From contig NC_068998.1 of assembly GCF_001194135.2 (NCBI RefSeq), forward strand, positions 759,061-822,346: DNA of 63,286 nucleotides, read 5' to 3'. The position numbers and the translations under genes were made by a program. Source of the stretch: Octopus bimaculoides. Its lineage: Eukaryota. Below are positions 1 through 14,346 of the stretch, piece by piece; position 1 is the first letter of the stretch, and every line of letters starts with the position of its first letter. The notes below the pieces were generated by a model. It did no database searches. It had not been told where the DNA came from and saw nothing but the letters and a program-made list of their open reading frames with translations.

Positions 1-66
1 ATATATACATATGTATGTATATATATATGTGTATATATATATTTATGTATATATATATATATACAC

Positions 67-136
<70 letters not shown>

Positions 137-321
137 CGACACAGATACACAAAAATACGTACATACATTCATCCATATTTTCCCTTGATGTGTACGCACA
201 CAAACACACGGCGAAATCAAGCTGAAGACTTATAGACCTGGACTGGATTGAGAAGAGAAATTGGAAAGTACTTGTAATCATGCAAAGACAGCAGATAGCA
301 TGTAAACAAATATATAATTAA

Positions 322-413
322 AACAACAACAACAGCAGCAGCAGCAGCAGCAGCAAGAAGAAGAAGAAGAAGAAGAAGAAGAAGAAGAAGAAGAAGAAGA
401 AGAAGAAGAAGAA
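322..413. repeat. Compound (CAA)(CAG)(AAG)n microsatellite
   Basis: Directly visible. Confidence 0.95.
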
Positions 414-414
414 T

Positions 415-625
415 TCTAAATTTTGGCAGAAAGCCAGCAATTTTAGGCGAGGCGATTCGTCGATTATATCGATCAATGTACTTGACTGGGATTTCGCTTT
501 ATCGACAACGGAAAGATGAAAGACAAATTTGACCTAGGTGTGATTTGAACTCAGAACGTAAAGAGGCAGAACGAATACCGAAAGGGATTTTCTCGATGCG
601 CTAAGGATTCTAACAATATACCACT
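415..625 (-). mobile_element. Diverged SINE (same family)
   Basis: GAAAGATGAAAGACAAATTTGACC...TTTGAACTCAGAACGT. Confidence 0.7.
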
Positions 626-647
626 TTTGCTGCTGCTGCTGCTGCTG

Positions 648-695
<48 letters not shown>

Positions 696-728
696 ATAAT
701 AATAATAATAATAATAATTCTTTCTGTT

Positions 729-846
729 ATAGGCACAAGGCCTGAAATTTGGTAGAGGGGGATAGTCGATTACATTGATCCCAGTGTTTCACTGGTTCTT
801 AATTTGTCGACCCCCGAAAGGATGCAAGGCAAAGTCAACCTCGGCG

Positions 847-850
<4 letters not shown>
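729..850 (-). mobile_element. 5'-truncated SINE between (TAA)n tracts
   Basis: GGCACAAGGCCTGAAATTT...GCAAAGTCAACCTCGGCGGAAT. Confidence 0.8.
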
Positions 851-900
<50 letters not shown>

Positions 901-901
<1 letters not shown>

Positions 902-1440
902 TTGGGAAAATGAATACAGTAAGCTAGCACGAAAAGAGTATAAATGCAGGCAAGACTGTCTTTAAGAGAATACACTAGAATGGAAGCCAAGTTTGTGCAT
1001 ATGAAATGTTAGAAAAGTGGTATAAACACGAAGCTGAAGCTACCAAAGTGAATGATAAGTACAGAATTTTGTGAGATCTTTCAAACAGACTGATCATACC
1101 ACTGAAGCAAAGAGGCCAGGCAAGTGCATAAACTTTGCACTACGATACGATAGTAGTGCAAAGACTATGATAGAAAAGTGGATACGAAGTTAATAGCAAA
1201 AACTGAGAAGAATGAGAACCTAATCAGCGAATTGAAAAGATTGTGGAAGACAAAGATGACAATTATTTCTTGGCTCCCAAATTGCCTGGCAAGCGGTTGA
1301 AGAATACCGGAACTGAGACACACATTGTTGAACTATCCAAAAAGGACCATCCTGCATTTTGCAAGAATCCGAAGAAGAGGTTTTGAGATTTGAAGAGACT
1401 CGTTACCAAATATCAGGATAACATCCTTGCTAATTAAATT
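901..1440 (+). mobile_element. Decayed 3' end of R4/Dong-clade non-LTR retrotransposon (restriction-like endonuclease domain)
   Basis: Fragments SKLARKEYKCRQD, EKWYKHE, IL*D, KRP, ELKRLW, ILHFARIRRRGFEI*; flanked on both sides by (TAA)n, the known Dong target. Confidence 0.75.
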
Positions 1441-1516
1441 TACTAATAATAACTTTCCTATAACAACATCAATAATAATAAAAACAACAATAATAATAAC
1501 AACAACAAGAACATCG

Positions 1517-1605
<89 letters not shown>
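1517..1605. repeat. (AAT)n microsatellite
   Basis: Directly visible; one of many (AAT)n tracts. Confidence 0.95.
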
Positions 1606-1607
<2 letters not shown>

Positions 1608-2301
1608 TAATGGTTTCTAATTAAGGCACAAGAACAGCAATTTCGAGGGTAGGATTTGACTCTATAACGAAATAATCTTATTGCTTAGTTATGTTCAACA
1701 ATTTCTCTGATGAGAACATCTTGAGGAATTGGACGTTCTACCTTTCTCTAATACATCACGTCGTCTCTTCTGTACCATTCTTGGTGCTTCTATTCTGGTC
1801 TTTCAAGTATAAGAGACCACGTAACAAATAAATAAAGATGACACATTATGTAAGAGTCGTCATTTAATTTTCGCTTATCAACTAATTTCATCAGGCGAAT
1901 CTCTTTCATTTACATGCCTGAACATAATTAGCCACCTAACAACTTAATCGCAATTAAGGTTATTCAATGTGGGATTACACTATAGACGCCTCCTCCTCCC
2001 ACCGCTGCTGTCGCCGCCACCGCCGCCGCCACCACCACCTTTACTTTATTACACCTTAACATTCTTCTTGTGATGCTAGTAATGGAATATCACGTTTCAG
2101 AGTCTTGTTTACCGTTTTCTTATTTGCTTTTTGTTGTTGTTGTAAGTTTTACAAGAGATTTTCAGAAATATGGATTCAGAAACATTCCGATCGACCACAA
2201 AACTACAAAACGAAAACTTTTCCCCCTGGAAATCCAGTTATTTCTACCAATTTTATTATGTTGACATTTTTTTTTCTCGTCGTGTTTAATCAATCAACTA
2301 G

Positions 2302-2364
<63 letters not shown>

Positions 2365-2772
2365 CAGCAATGATGTTATTGGTTGTTTTATACGGATTCA
2401 GAACTTTGCGTGTTTCACATCTCTCAGACATTTCTCATGGAAGATTGCAGTAACGTTGTCAGCAGAAAGAGACTTGGAGAAAGATGTCTTCCTCAATCCA
2501 CAGATATCGTAATATGGCAGCCAAATTTATCCCCAAGCAACAATTTCTTTATACCGAAGTAAGCTTCATGTCTGCTGCAGTTATGTAGGCTTCTAGAAGA
2601 GAAAACATCCAAATTCTATCTGACACGTGTTGAAGTTCTCTAACATAAGTTAGAGATCACGTTGTGTAAATATCTGATATTGCCGGTTAACGATCGTTAG
2701 AACACTCACAAACACAATATCTAAGTACGTATATCAATGTGCGTAACACAACATACATGCACGCATTCATTC

Positions 2773-2808
<36 letters not shown>

Positions 2809-2932
2809 ATAAAGAGAGAGGAAGGAAGGAAGGAAGGAGTGTTGATATTGTTGCTGTTATAATTAGTTTTGCGAAATAGAGATGAAATGCTTATGGCGTG
2901 ACACATTTCAGTTGTTGGCGTTTCGTTAAACT

Positions 2933-3142
2933 CAAGGGTACTCAACCAGGGTCCATATCAGATTTTTCCATTAAATTTCACCTACAAAAGAAAATAATAT
3001 TTTAACAATTCTTATACATTTCCTAAAAGTATTTAATCAATAAAAGTATATGATTTTTTAAATATCGAATGACCAGAAGAGTTAATCCCATTAAAATAGA
3101 AATGAACAGAGTCCATGGGTAAAAAATTGTTGAGAAAAACTG
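2933..3142. mobile_element. Probable hAT-type MITE remnant
   Basis: Ends CAAGGGTACTCAAC... and ...GTTGAGAAAAACTG resemble CAGTGGTTCTCAAC terminal inverted repeats; no clear TSD. Confidence 0.45.
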
Positions 3143-3435
3143 GTGCAGGATTGTGTAGGATTGCGTGGTGTGTAGAACTGCGTGTTAGCAGCGACATTTA
3201 GGCCAGTTTGTTGGCTTTTTGGGCTATTTTTTATTTTGATATGTCAAAGGCTTTTGATATTGTAAACGGAATTTTTGTTGCACGTTTCCAGAAAGTGTTT
3301 TTTCATCTAAATTTGTGTGTTTCTTGTGACAGACAGAGAGACAGATAGAGACAGTGACAAACAGACAGAGATAGAGACAGAGACAGAGAGGAAGAGACAG
3401 AGGGAGAGAGAGAGAAAGAGAGAGAGAGATAGGGG

Positions 3436-3473
<38 letters not shown>

Positions 3474-4711
3474 GGGAGGGAGAGAAAGAGAGAGAGATTG
3501 TGTTTTCCAAACACATTTGAGCGTCTATGCAAAGTTCTCGACTAGCGAACACTTTGGTTTCGCTTGTATGGATGCAAGGCATGGACCTCACACGCGTTCC
3601 TCTGGAGGATTAGCATCCAATATCTCCATATTGTGTTTTCAGTCACTTGGTGATGAGATGCGATAACACTTCAAACAAACACCAACAACATTGATTGCAC
3701 TCTGTACGTCACTGAACATCTGAGAGAACTCAGGCAGAAATGACCGGCAGAATCGTCGACGATCAACGACAACAGGTCAACGCTGGATTGGGAAAGCAAA
3801 GAAATTCGAAGCAAATTGAAGACCATTTTGAAGAGGAGCAACAACGAACCGTCAAAGAAAGAGAATATCGTTCTATGTCGGAAGGAGATGAAAGGCATAG
3901 AGAAGTAATCCTGTCAAGAGTACAAGTAGGGGCCAGAAAAGGAGTAATTAAGAGTAGTAACTGACGAGTCTCTGCAGCCAAATAGTAACATTTTTGGTTT
4001 GGACCAGAGATGGACCTCAAAGATTGAGATGTAAAGTCACATTGGAAGGAGGGGACGGCCTTCTTTGGATCTGATGGATAGGCTTATGAAAGGACGCGCA
4101 CTATATAATAGTGTGTGTGTGTGTGTGTGTGTGTATGTATGCACGCATGCATATATGTATGTACGTATGCATGTATGTATGTATTATGCATGTATGTATG
4201 TATGAAGATATTTATGTATATAGTGCAAGTATATACAGTACATCGTAGTGTGTTTAATAGTCGTTTATATGATATGTAGTATTGTATTGTGCATAGTAGA
4301 ACATAAGGTGTGGTGATGTGTTGTGGTTCAAGCGGCAGTACTAGTGGTAAGGATGTTTGTACGATTACGTTAGCGCGTTATGTTACAATGGTATGTCACA
4401 GGGCAATGTACGGTGTTAAGTTACATTGGAAGGTGGCAGTGGTAGTTTATAGTGGGGTGTCACAGTGGTATTATACAGTGTATTTTACAGTACTGTGTTA
4501 CAATGCTATATTATATGGTATGTAACAATAGTGTGTTACAGTGATGTGTTACACCGGTAGGTTATTGTGGTCCAAAACTAACATCAAAGACCCACTCTTT
4601 TCCGAAAGTGCGAACAAAAATATAAAAATAAAAACTTTTTCGAATACAAGCACTCACACATGCACACGCGCGCGTACACACATCCACATATACATGTATA
4701 TGTACAAATAC

Positions 4712-4756
<45 letters not shown>

Positions 4757-4778
4757 TGTATCTATCTATTTATCTCCC

Positions 4779-4836
<58 letters not shown>

Positions 4837-4883
4837 CTATATATATACATATATATACATACATTCATGTATGTATATATATA

Positions 4884-4928
<45 letters not shown>

Positions 4929-5035
4929 CAAAGAATATATATACATGTATACACACATATATGTACATACTTACATCTACATGTGTATATACATGCATAT
5001 CAGGGTANNNNNNNNNNCATGTATGTATATATATA

Positions 5036-5080
<45 letters not shown>

Positions 5081-5276
5081 CAAAGAATATATATACATGT
5101 ATACACACATATATGTACATACTTACATCTACATGTGTATATACATGCATATCAGGGTACAGGACGTTAGAACAATAAACTACAGACAACGGAACGAACA
5201 CATAGGAAAACGGAAAGCCCCTTGGAATATCCCTTCATCAGCTGTCTCTATTCTATCTAGACGTTTCGAAGACCAG

Positions 5277-5309
<33 letters not shown>

Positions 5310-5381
5310 TATATACATTTATGTATGTATATCTAATCATATATACCTATGTGCGTATATATATATGTATGTATATGTATA

Positions 5382-5417
<36 letters not shown>

Positions 5418-5800
5418 TGTATGTATGTATGTATGCATGTGACTTTGTACATGTGATTGAGAATGCTTTTGAGTGTGTTTATGTCTACAACAATGTGTTA
5501 GTGTGTATGTGCTTGTTTGGGTATGTGTGAGCAGATATTATGCATGGATAAGTGTGTACGTGTGTTTGTGTGAGTGTTCATGTGTCTATGCATGAGCGCG
5601 CGCGCATGTGTGTGTGTGTATGTGTGTGTGTGAAATGTAAGCAACAGCCTGTGTAATGATAATATCACTTTGTATGGGCAACTAGTTGAGAGAAGAAGTC
5701 GTCTGCTTCACATCTTTGCACCTTCAGACGTAGAAGAGCGTACACCAGCTCCTAATATGTTCATCACCTTTAGCTTCTCTCTCAACAGAATGAAGTGGAT

Positions 5801-5835
<35 letters not shown>

Positions 5836-6057
5836 TACATACAGAGGAGCGCATACATACATACTCGCGCGTGATCACACGCAGACAGAAACACTCACAT
5901 ACACACACGCACACATATGCATGTACGTGTGTGTAAACAGATATATAGATATGCAATATAATGTTATGCTGTAGAATATAAGAGAAATAACCAGACTTTC
6001 CCCATGGATAAAGTTAACGTAAATTAAACAGTTTTATGAATGGGATTTTAGTAAAGA

Positions 6058-6110
<53 letters not shown>

Positions 6111-6792
6111 GTGGAGAGCCGAAGTGTTAAAAAGAAAGAAATAGAGGAACAGGGAAAAAGAGGTGGATTCCTGAAATTAAAACACATATTAAAAGAAAGG
6201 AAGAAAGAAAAAATATTTAGGAAATGGAAAAGAAAACAAAGATTTGCTGATTATTAATTAATGATAAAACAGAAAATGATGTCTGTCTATCTAGTTATAT
6301 ATCTATCTATATGCATAAANNNNNNNNNNNNNNNNNNNNNNNNNNNNNNNNNNNNNNNNNNNNNNNNNNNNNNNNNNNNNNNNNNNNNNNNNNNNNNNNN
6401 NNNNNNNNNNNNNNNNNNNNNNNNNNNNNNNNNNNNNNNNNNNNNNNNNNNNNNNNNNNNNNNNNNNNNNNNNNNNNNNNNNNNNNNNNNNNNNNNNNNN
6501 NNNNNNNNNNNNNNNNNNNNNNNNNNNNNNNNNNNNNNNNNNNNNNNNNNNNNNNNNNNNNNNNNNNNNNNNNNNNNNNNNNNNNNNNNNNNNNNNNNNN
6601 NNNNNNNNNNNNNNNNNNNNNNNNNNNNNNNNNNNNNNNNNNNNNNNNNNNNNNNNNNNNNNNNNNNNNNNNNNNNNNNNNNNNNNNNNNNNNNNNNNNN
6701 NNNNNNNNNNNNNNNNNNNNNNNNNNNNNNNNNNNNNNNNNNNNNNNNNNNNNNNNNNNNNNNNNNNNNNNNNNNNNNNNNNNATATACATG

Positions 6793-6839
<47 letters not shown>

Positions 6840-6933
6840 TCTTTTATTCTTCTACTTGTTTCAGTCATTAGACTACGGCCATTTCAAATATGCTCTTCCC
6901 AACTACGCACGCACACACACACACACACACACA

Positions 6934-7210
6934 CATGGCCTAGTGGTTAGGGTCTTGCATTCATGATCATGAGATCGTGGTTTCAATTCCCAGTCCTAGC
7001 ATTGTGTTGTGTTCTTTCAGCAAAACATGTCACCTCACATTGCTCTGCCCTCATTCCGACACCTGACGGTGGCACACTCGTCGATTGGATGCAGCAAGTG
7101 AGCTAATGTAGAGCACAGACACTGTGATCCTTAAGTTCAAATCAAATCTCTGTGTGACCCCAGTCGTTCAGCAACAAGAAGTTCTTGATCAGTTGATGAA
7201 CCCTCATCCG
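6934..7210 (+). mobile_element. tRNA-derived SINE of a third type
   Basis: A-box-like TGGCCTAGTGGTTAG and B-box-like GGTTTCAATTCCC followed by a non-tRNA body; no cloverleaf or acceptor stem. Confidence 0.6.
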
Positions 7211-7837
7211 TTTCAGACGGGACGGATGTCCGCAATACACATATGCATATATACCCACATACGCTCGCTCTCTCTCTCTCTCTCTCTCTTTCTTTCTTCT
7301 TCCTTTTCTCTCTTTCTCTCACCTTTTCTTTCCTCCTCTCCCCTTCCCCTCTCTCTTTCCCTACTATTACATCCAGCATTTCTATTGTTAAAATAAGTTT
7401 GCATAAGTTATTCCATACCTAAGTAGATCCCGTCGTTTTTTACCGGTACTGCAGTTGTAAACTTAATATAAACAATCATATCACGGAAAATAATTTTAAC
7501 CAATTAAAAACATTCAAAATCAGTCAACTTTCTTTTTGTTTTATTTCTAATGAGTCCATTACAAAGTTTTTCATGGTCTCATCGCACTTCTATGTGATAA
7601 TTCAACTGTACCTAACAAGATTCTACAGTAGAAATATGTAGTGGAACTGCAAGGGTGCACTTTGTGTATATGTGCGATGGAACCTTTCTAGAGTTCCTAA
7701 TAGACTGTACTGGAACGAAAAGATGAGATAATTATCTGTAGATTGCTAATTAGATAAAATGAATTTTCTGCAATGGAAATAGGTTTGCTGCAATACACTG
7801 ACTCGGATTATTGCACAATAATACAGGCACAACTCTG

Positions 7838-7893
<56 letters not shown>

Positions 7894-8989
7894 CACACGC
7901 ACATGCAAGCACGTATAAGGTGTGTGTGTGTGTATGTGTGTCTATGAAATATCATAAACGATACATTCACACATACGCACACACACATTCACAAACATGT
8001 ATATGTGTGTGTATATATATCTTTATATATATATGCATATATGTGCACATATATATATATACCTATATNNNNNNNNNNNNNNNNNNNNNNNNNNNNNNNN
8101 NNNNNNNNNNNNNNNNNNNNNNNNNNNNNNNNNNNNNNNNNNNNNNNNNNNNNNNNNNNNNNNNNNNNNNNNNNNNNNNNNNNNNNNNNNNNNNNNNNNN
8201 NNNNNNNNNNNNNNNNNNNNNNNNNNNNNNNNNNNNNNNNNNNNNNNNNNNNNNNNNNNNNNNNNNNNNNNNNNNNNNNNNNNNNNNNNNNNNNNNNNNN
8301 NNNNNNNNNNNNNNNNNNNNNNNNNNNNNNNNNNNNNNNNNNNNNNNNNNNNNNNNNNNNNNNNNNNNNNNNNNNNNNNNNNNNNNNNNNNNNNNNNNNN
8401 NNNNNNNNNNNNNNNNNNNNNNNNNNNNNNNNNNNNNNNNNNNNNNNNNNNNNNNNNNNNNNNNNNNNNNNNNNNNNNNNNNNNNNNNNNNNNNNNNNNN
8501 NNNNNNNNNNATATATATATAATTTGTAAGTAGGTATGTATAAATACATACACAAATATAAATTTATATACACACATGTGTAAATGTGTGCGCGCGTGCG
8601 CCTGTTTATAGACATTTACGTATACACTCATGTGTAGAATGTATAGCTGTGTAATTGGGTATACCTGTACTTATTTGTAATACTTATTTGTACGTATGAA
8701 TGTACATGCATGCATGTATGCCTATATGTACGTATGTATGCATGTGTGTGTATGTGCGTGTATATATACATATATATATAAATATATACATATATGTATA
8801 AGTATATACATATATATAAGTATAAACATATATATATATATATATATATATATACAAGTAGATCTAGATAGATACATATAGATAGGTATACATAATTTTT
8901 CGTGTAGGGAACACAAAAACATGTCACTTTATAAGTATTTACTTTTATTTATTCATAAATGCTTGAATACATTAAAATCAATATACACA

Positions 8990-9103
<114 letters not shown>

Positions 9104-9129
9104 TGTGAGAGAAAGAGAGAAAGTATATA

Positions 9130-9167
<38 letters not shown>

Positions 9168-9579
9168 CGTGTTCGCTTTTCTCTACCCGAGGAAGGTAAA
9201 AAAAAATAATTGCTGCGAAGTATCTTCATCATCTAGAATTTTATTTTTACCTCTAATTATAGATATAGAATATCAGATTGCATGTTGCGCACCAAGTAGC
9301 TGGTCAAATCGTCACATCCGGTAAGACGCGTTCAACCTTATTAGAACAATTAATTAGGGGGTGTACAGGAGTCCCCATCTTCATCTTCTAACTACTAGTT
9401 TCCAACTTTATCCAGTATTTACTCATATTAAAACTTTGTATTCAACTCTTGGAGAAAGTTGAACATTTTGAAGCTGTCAATATATATTTCTATATTTATA
9501 TTTGTTTTAAGTTTATTTCTCTTCAATTTCAGTTAATTAGTTTTGAAAAATCTCGAATTTTTACAAAACTTCAGATTAC

Positions 9580-9587
9580 TATAAAAA
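9580..9587 (+). promoter_or_regulatory. Candidate TATA box upstream of putative ELC-A first exon
   Basis: TATAAAAA at 9580-9587; the region is AT-rich, so chance occurrence is possible. Confidence 0.35.
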
Positions 9588-9731
9588 GCCTTACCCCCCT
9601 GAGGTGAAATATCAACTGCTCCCAATAAAATAAGACTACCTAGGTAATAGCAAAAACGGTATATCTAGCATTCCCACTTTAGCGAGGTACAGACTTACCA
9701 CGACTGGCAGCACTTAGTAAGCATAAACAAA

Positions 9732-9734
9732 ATG
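9732..9734 (+). CDS. Candidate ATG-only end of first exon of ELC-A
   Basis: AAACAAAATG|GTAAGT: invertebrate-type Kozak context plus a perfect donor, with a TATA-like element 150 nt upstream. ATG-terminal first exons are common in the calmodulin/myosin light chain family. The link to ELC-A is inferred, not proven. Confidence 0.5.
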
Positions 9735-9907
9735 GTAAGTTATCTTTTCGTTGGCAGTAAATCTTCTCCAATGTAAACTTTTTGTAAATAGTAGCAGACA
9801 TTCCTTTGTATGTGCTTTGTAAATTCCAATTTATAAATACCAAACCAATTTCATTTGAATTTTACCTAAAAACAAAACTAACATTTGCTAGTTTTATATA
9901 TATATAC

Positions 9908-9960
<53 letters not shown>

Positions 9961-11672
9961 NNNNNNNNNNNNNNNNNNNNNNNNNNNNNNNNNNNNNNNN
10001 NNNNNNNNNNNNNNNNNNNNNNNNNNNNNNNNNNNNNNNNNNNNNNNNNNNNNNNNNNNNNNNNNNNNNNNNNNNNNNNNNNNNNNNNNNNNNNNNNNNN
10101 NNNNNNNNNNNNNNNNNNNNNNNNNNNNNNNNNNNNNNNNNNNNNNNNNNNNNNNNNNNNNNNNNNNNNNNNNNNNNNNNNNNNNNNNNNNNNNNNNNNN
10201 NNNNNNNNNNNNNNNNNNNNNNNNNNNNNNNNNNNNNNNNNNNNNNNNNNNNNNNNNNNNNNNNNNNNNNNNNNNNNNNNNNNNNNNNNNNNNNNNNNNN
10301 NNNNNNNNNNNNNNNNNNNNNNNNNNNNNNNNNNNNNNNNNNNNNNNNNNNNNNNNNNNNNNNNNNNNNNNNNNNNGGTGAGGTGAAAGTGTAAGAGGAC
10401 CGTTTACATTCCTTGGAATTACCTGACAGAGAAAAAGAAAGAGAAAATATAATCTACTGAGTAAACAGCTGATCCCTATATCTCTCTCCGTCTCTCTCTC
10501 TCTCTCTCTCTTTCTCTTTCTCTCTCTCTTTCTCTCTCTCTCTTACTCCCTTTTCACATCCCCTTTACATAACTCTGCTCCTTACCTCTGGCTACCCTTT
10601 CCTGAGGCCTCTCAAACTACTCCCAATGATGTACTCTCTCCTGTACTCTTTTTAGTAATTCTATCCTCTAATTGCATTTAAAGTAAAATAAATCTGCCAT
10701 AAATTCATATGACGTTGGTTAGATTCGAACCGTAATCACCAATCGAAAATAGGATTTAAAAGAAAAGAATTATCTTTAAGAAAGAAAAAAAAAAGCATTT
10801 AAATATCAATGGAGAAAAATTGATGTTAAAGACAAATAGATTTAGATTTACAGTGAGAAGATTATGTGACGTTCATGCATTTCTTAGTAGACTCGAAACT
10901 AGATCCCGGTTATCATTTTGCTTAATTTCATTGTATTGGAAGGGCATTAGTATAGCTGGTATTGATAATAATAACGACAACAGTAATAATTATAATGATT
11001 TTAATGCTTCGTATAAAGTACAACGTCTAAATTACATACAGATGAAAGAGAGAAAAAGAAGTTGTGGCGTTTATCACTTTTATGGTAGCCTTTATTACAC
11101 GTTAAGTGAACAAATTTGGTTTCATTAGTTTCTCTCATCCAGGAATCGAAACCGAGTCACACATTTGACTATTGGAGAACTTACCGCTTCCTTTACCTAT
11201 TCAAACAACTTGAATCGTTATTCCAGCCAAAGGAGGAAGTCTGTTAGAAAGAACAGCTAAATCCTCTCAAATTACGCCTTATAATTATTAAAACCATGAA
11301 GGACACCTTCAACAGTGAGGTCCGAGATATACAAAAGACTGGATGATTACGGTTGGAAGGTCTGTCATCGTCAGCATGTTCGATTAGGCTTGACATGGGA
11401 CTAACAACGAATACCATAATATCTTGGAGTATTGGTTCTGTAAAATATTCCGACGCCCTCTGTAAAGAAGAAACGTTCAAGGACGAATATAAACCTGAGA
11501 CCAATATTACTTTACCAAAGTTATTTAGGAACTAAAAACCACGATTCTTACATATTTTATTGCAACTTTATTATCAATTAGCTGTAAGAATCTTTGAAAT
11601 GTTATTATTATCAATATTCTTTCGATTCAAGGAATATATGTTAAAATAAGCTGTCAAAAAAAAAAAAAAGAT

Positions 11673-11708
<36 letters not shown>

Positions 11709-12182
11709 AAATTGATACTGTAAGAGTTTCAAAGGAGCTAACTTTGCTCCAAGGCACACATATATGCTCACCCACCACACACACACATACATACACACGC
11801 ACTATACAAAGGAGGCGGAGCTACCAAAGAAATCGTCAGACCACCTTGCGGTATCTGAGTTCATATCCCATCGCTGTTGAATTCCTCTTTTATAACTTGT
11901 GGGTCGATAGAATCCCTACCAGACTCATACTAAAAATCATTTAGAATAAGTACCTTATTTAGTTTGTGGTTTGGTGCCAATGGAATCAATGTATATACCT
12001 ATTCTACATAATGGCTAAATTCTACTCAATTCTGCCAAATTGGTTCCAGAAATTAAATTTCAACAATTTCCTTCTGCCTCATCAACGCCATATTTTCTGA
12101 TTATTTTTCCGGCATCTGTTTGCCAAATTATTTTCAACACACCTCTCAGGATGAACACATCAATTAAATTGCAAAAAATTAA

Positions 12183-12242
<60 letters not shown>

Positions 12243-12347
12243 TAATAACAACAACAATAACGATAACGATAATAATTTCTAATGTACAAAGAAACAAAAT
12301 GGAGAGAAAGGAATTATCAATTAAACAGACGTCAGAAATTGATGCGC

Positions 12348-12385
<38 letters not shown>

Positions 12386-13696
12386 AAACATATTTTTATT
12401 ACTATTCCATCTGACGATTGCTTCTCTGGCAAGAAAGTTGAAGTAATGGAAAAGTAGTCAACTTTAACAAAAATGAAATTAATAATAATGTGTTACGGCA
12501 CACCCCGGATTTTGATAGATAGATAGATAGATAGATTGGGTGGGTGTTGTGTGGAATGAGATATTAAGAATCAGTGAGTAGTAATAGAAAAGATTCTAGA
12601 AATTTCTCCCCACCCTCTCCACCGCAGCAGTTCTCCTCTCATCCTCTTTCCCCAAAACACACAACATCTGCTAGTTTTTGATTACCTGCAGATATATTAG
12701 AGGCTGGAAAAACGATGCGTAAATTTCCTTCCATCTTGCTTACCCACCACCACCACCACCACCACCTTCATATCTCATTTCTTACCATTTTCGGGGATCA
12801 AAAACACCTTTTTTTTTTTACTTACTATCAACTCTTAGAAAATGATGTTGTTGTTCATGTTACTTAAGCTATTTCTTCTAGTTTTCGTCTTCTTCTTTTC
12901 CCTGTCTTCTTTTGATGTCTTTCTTTTTCTCCTCCTCCTCCTCCTCCTCTGCCCTCCTCCTTTCTGGCACTGATTCTTTCAGACTTTATATGAGGGATCT
13001 GTGACACGCATACACCTTATTCTCAATGATACTAGCGGCATAAATGCAATAAAAGGGTTTCAACAGAGAATCGAACGAACTGGGGTCTCGCGTATTGGTT
13101 TTCTCGAAACTTCCTCTTCTATTCTAAGATGTTACAGATTTGAAACAATGCCGAATATTTTTGTTAAGGAAACCAAAGTTAGATCGCAGAAAAAAAATTT
13201 TCAAGAATATCAGCTATTGTTGTTAATTTTCTAATTCCCTATCGATTACTATCCTTGTCCAATATCTGCTGGATTAAGATATGAGAGATAATTCCTAGTC
13301 CACCACCACCACTTCATGTATTCAGCTTGAATTGATGTTTGATTTTCAAAAAAAAAAAAAAGAAATCCAATTCGAATATAGATCGAGTCCTCGACGCCAT
13401 TACAATCGGAGTCTTAATAACTGCTCATCGCCAGACACTTGATGTCTGCCTGTGTGTATGTCTCTCTCTCTCCTACATACCACAAAGCAAACTTTTAAAC
13501 AAGCATACACATCTAAATTGGTAACCATCTTCAGATGTAAGCATCTAAAGATCCTACTTAATCCATATTGTTAGATAAATCAAGTGAGGTTGATGATCAG
13601 TTCAGAAAAATCGAAGGCAGGACTTAATTAAACCACCAAGCCTTTATAAAAACCTCTCTCTCTCTCTCTCTTTTTCTTCTCCCTTCTCTCTCAGCT

Positions 13697-13732
<36 letters not shown>

Positions 13733-14330
13733 TCTCTCTCTTTCTCTTCTCCCCTCTCACCTCTCTCTTTTTCTTCTCCCTCCCTTCCTCCCTCCCCTCT
13801 CTCTCTCTCTCAAGCACACACACACACCCACACACACACACACTGCCTAGTATCATCTGTCCCGGGTTATGTGTCACTCCTTCAGGATATCTCCAGTCCG
13901 ACAAAGGAACAATCAATGTTGAACAAACGATGAATACTTTGCAATCAACGTTGTTCTATATTTTGTATTTTAAAGAGAATTGTTCTCGGAAAACATTTAT
14001 TAAACAGAGAAAAATATATTTCTTGGTTCAGCAAATATTTGTGTTGCAACTTTAATATTTCTAAAAATAGACTGGACAAAATAATTCCAGAAGATTTAAG
14101 GAATTGGACCTACCCAGCACTTTGTACTTGTAGGGGAGAAAAAACGTTACACATTGCTATCGATGTTTCTTACAGCCCCAAGCTGTACAAATTGTGGTAC
14201 CTGCTTACAGCTAGGTAGACTGACTCATCGAGCGTTAAATATCAAAGACGTCACAATAATGGCGATAAGATACGAGTTACCTATCTTTCGCTTCATAAAG
14301 TGACACTGTATCGACCCAATCGTCCATAGC

Positions 14331-14346
14331 TAGCGCCCCCTAGTGA
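14331..14346 (-). promoter_or_regulatory. CTCF-like motif
   Basis: TCACTAGGGGGCGCTA vs consensus CCACYAGRKGGCRSY; motif match only. Confidence 0.45.

Noticed and set aside
4864-5158. Apparent ~140-bp direct duplication
   Set aside because: The two identical copies flank a 10-N gap (5008-5017), typical of unmerged overlapping contig ends.
6934-6995. tRNA gene
   Set aside because: Only A/B-box-like motifs are present; no cloverleaf, and it continues into a SINE body.
11244-11504. 86-aa minus-strand ORF as a retroelement RT fragment
   Set aside because: Only vague resemblance; no motif I could match with confidence.
9253-14070. MEF2-consensus sites (CTAATTATAG at 9253, CTAAAAATAG at 14061)
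   Set aside because: Plausible for a muscle gene, but this AT-rich 10-mer is expected many times by chance in a window of this composition.
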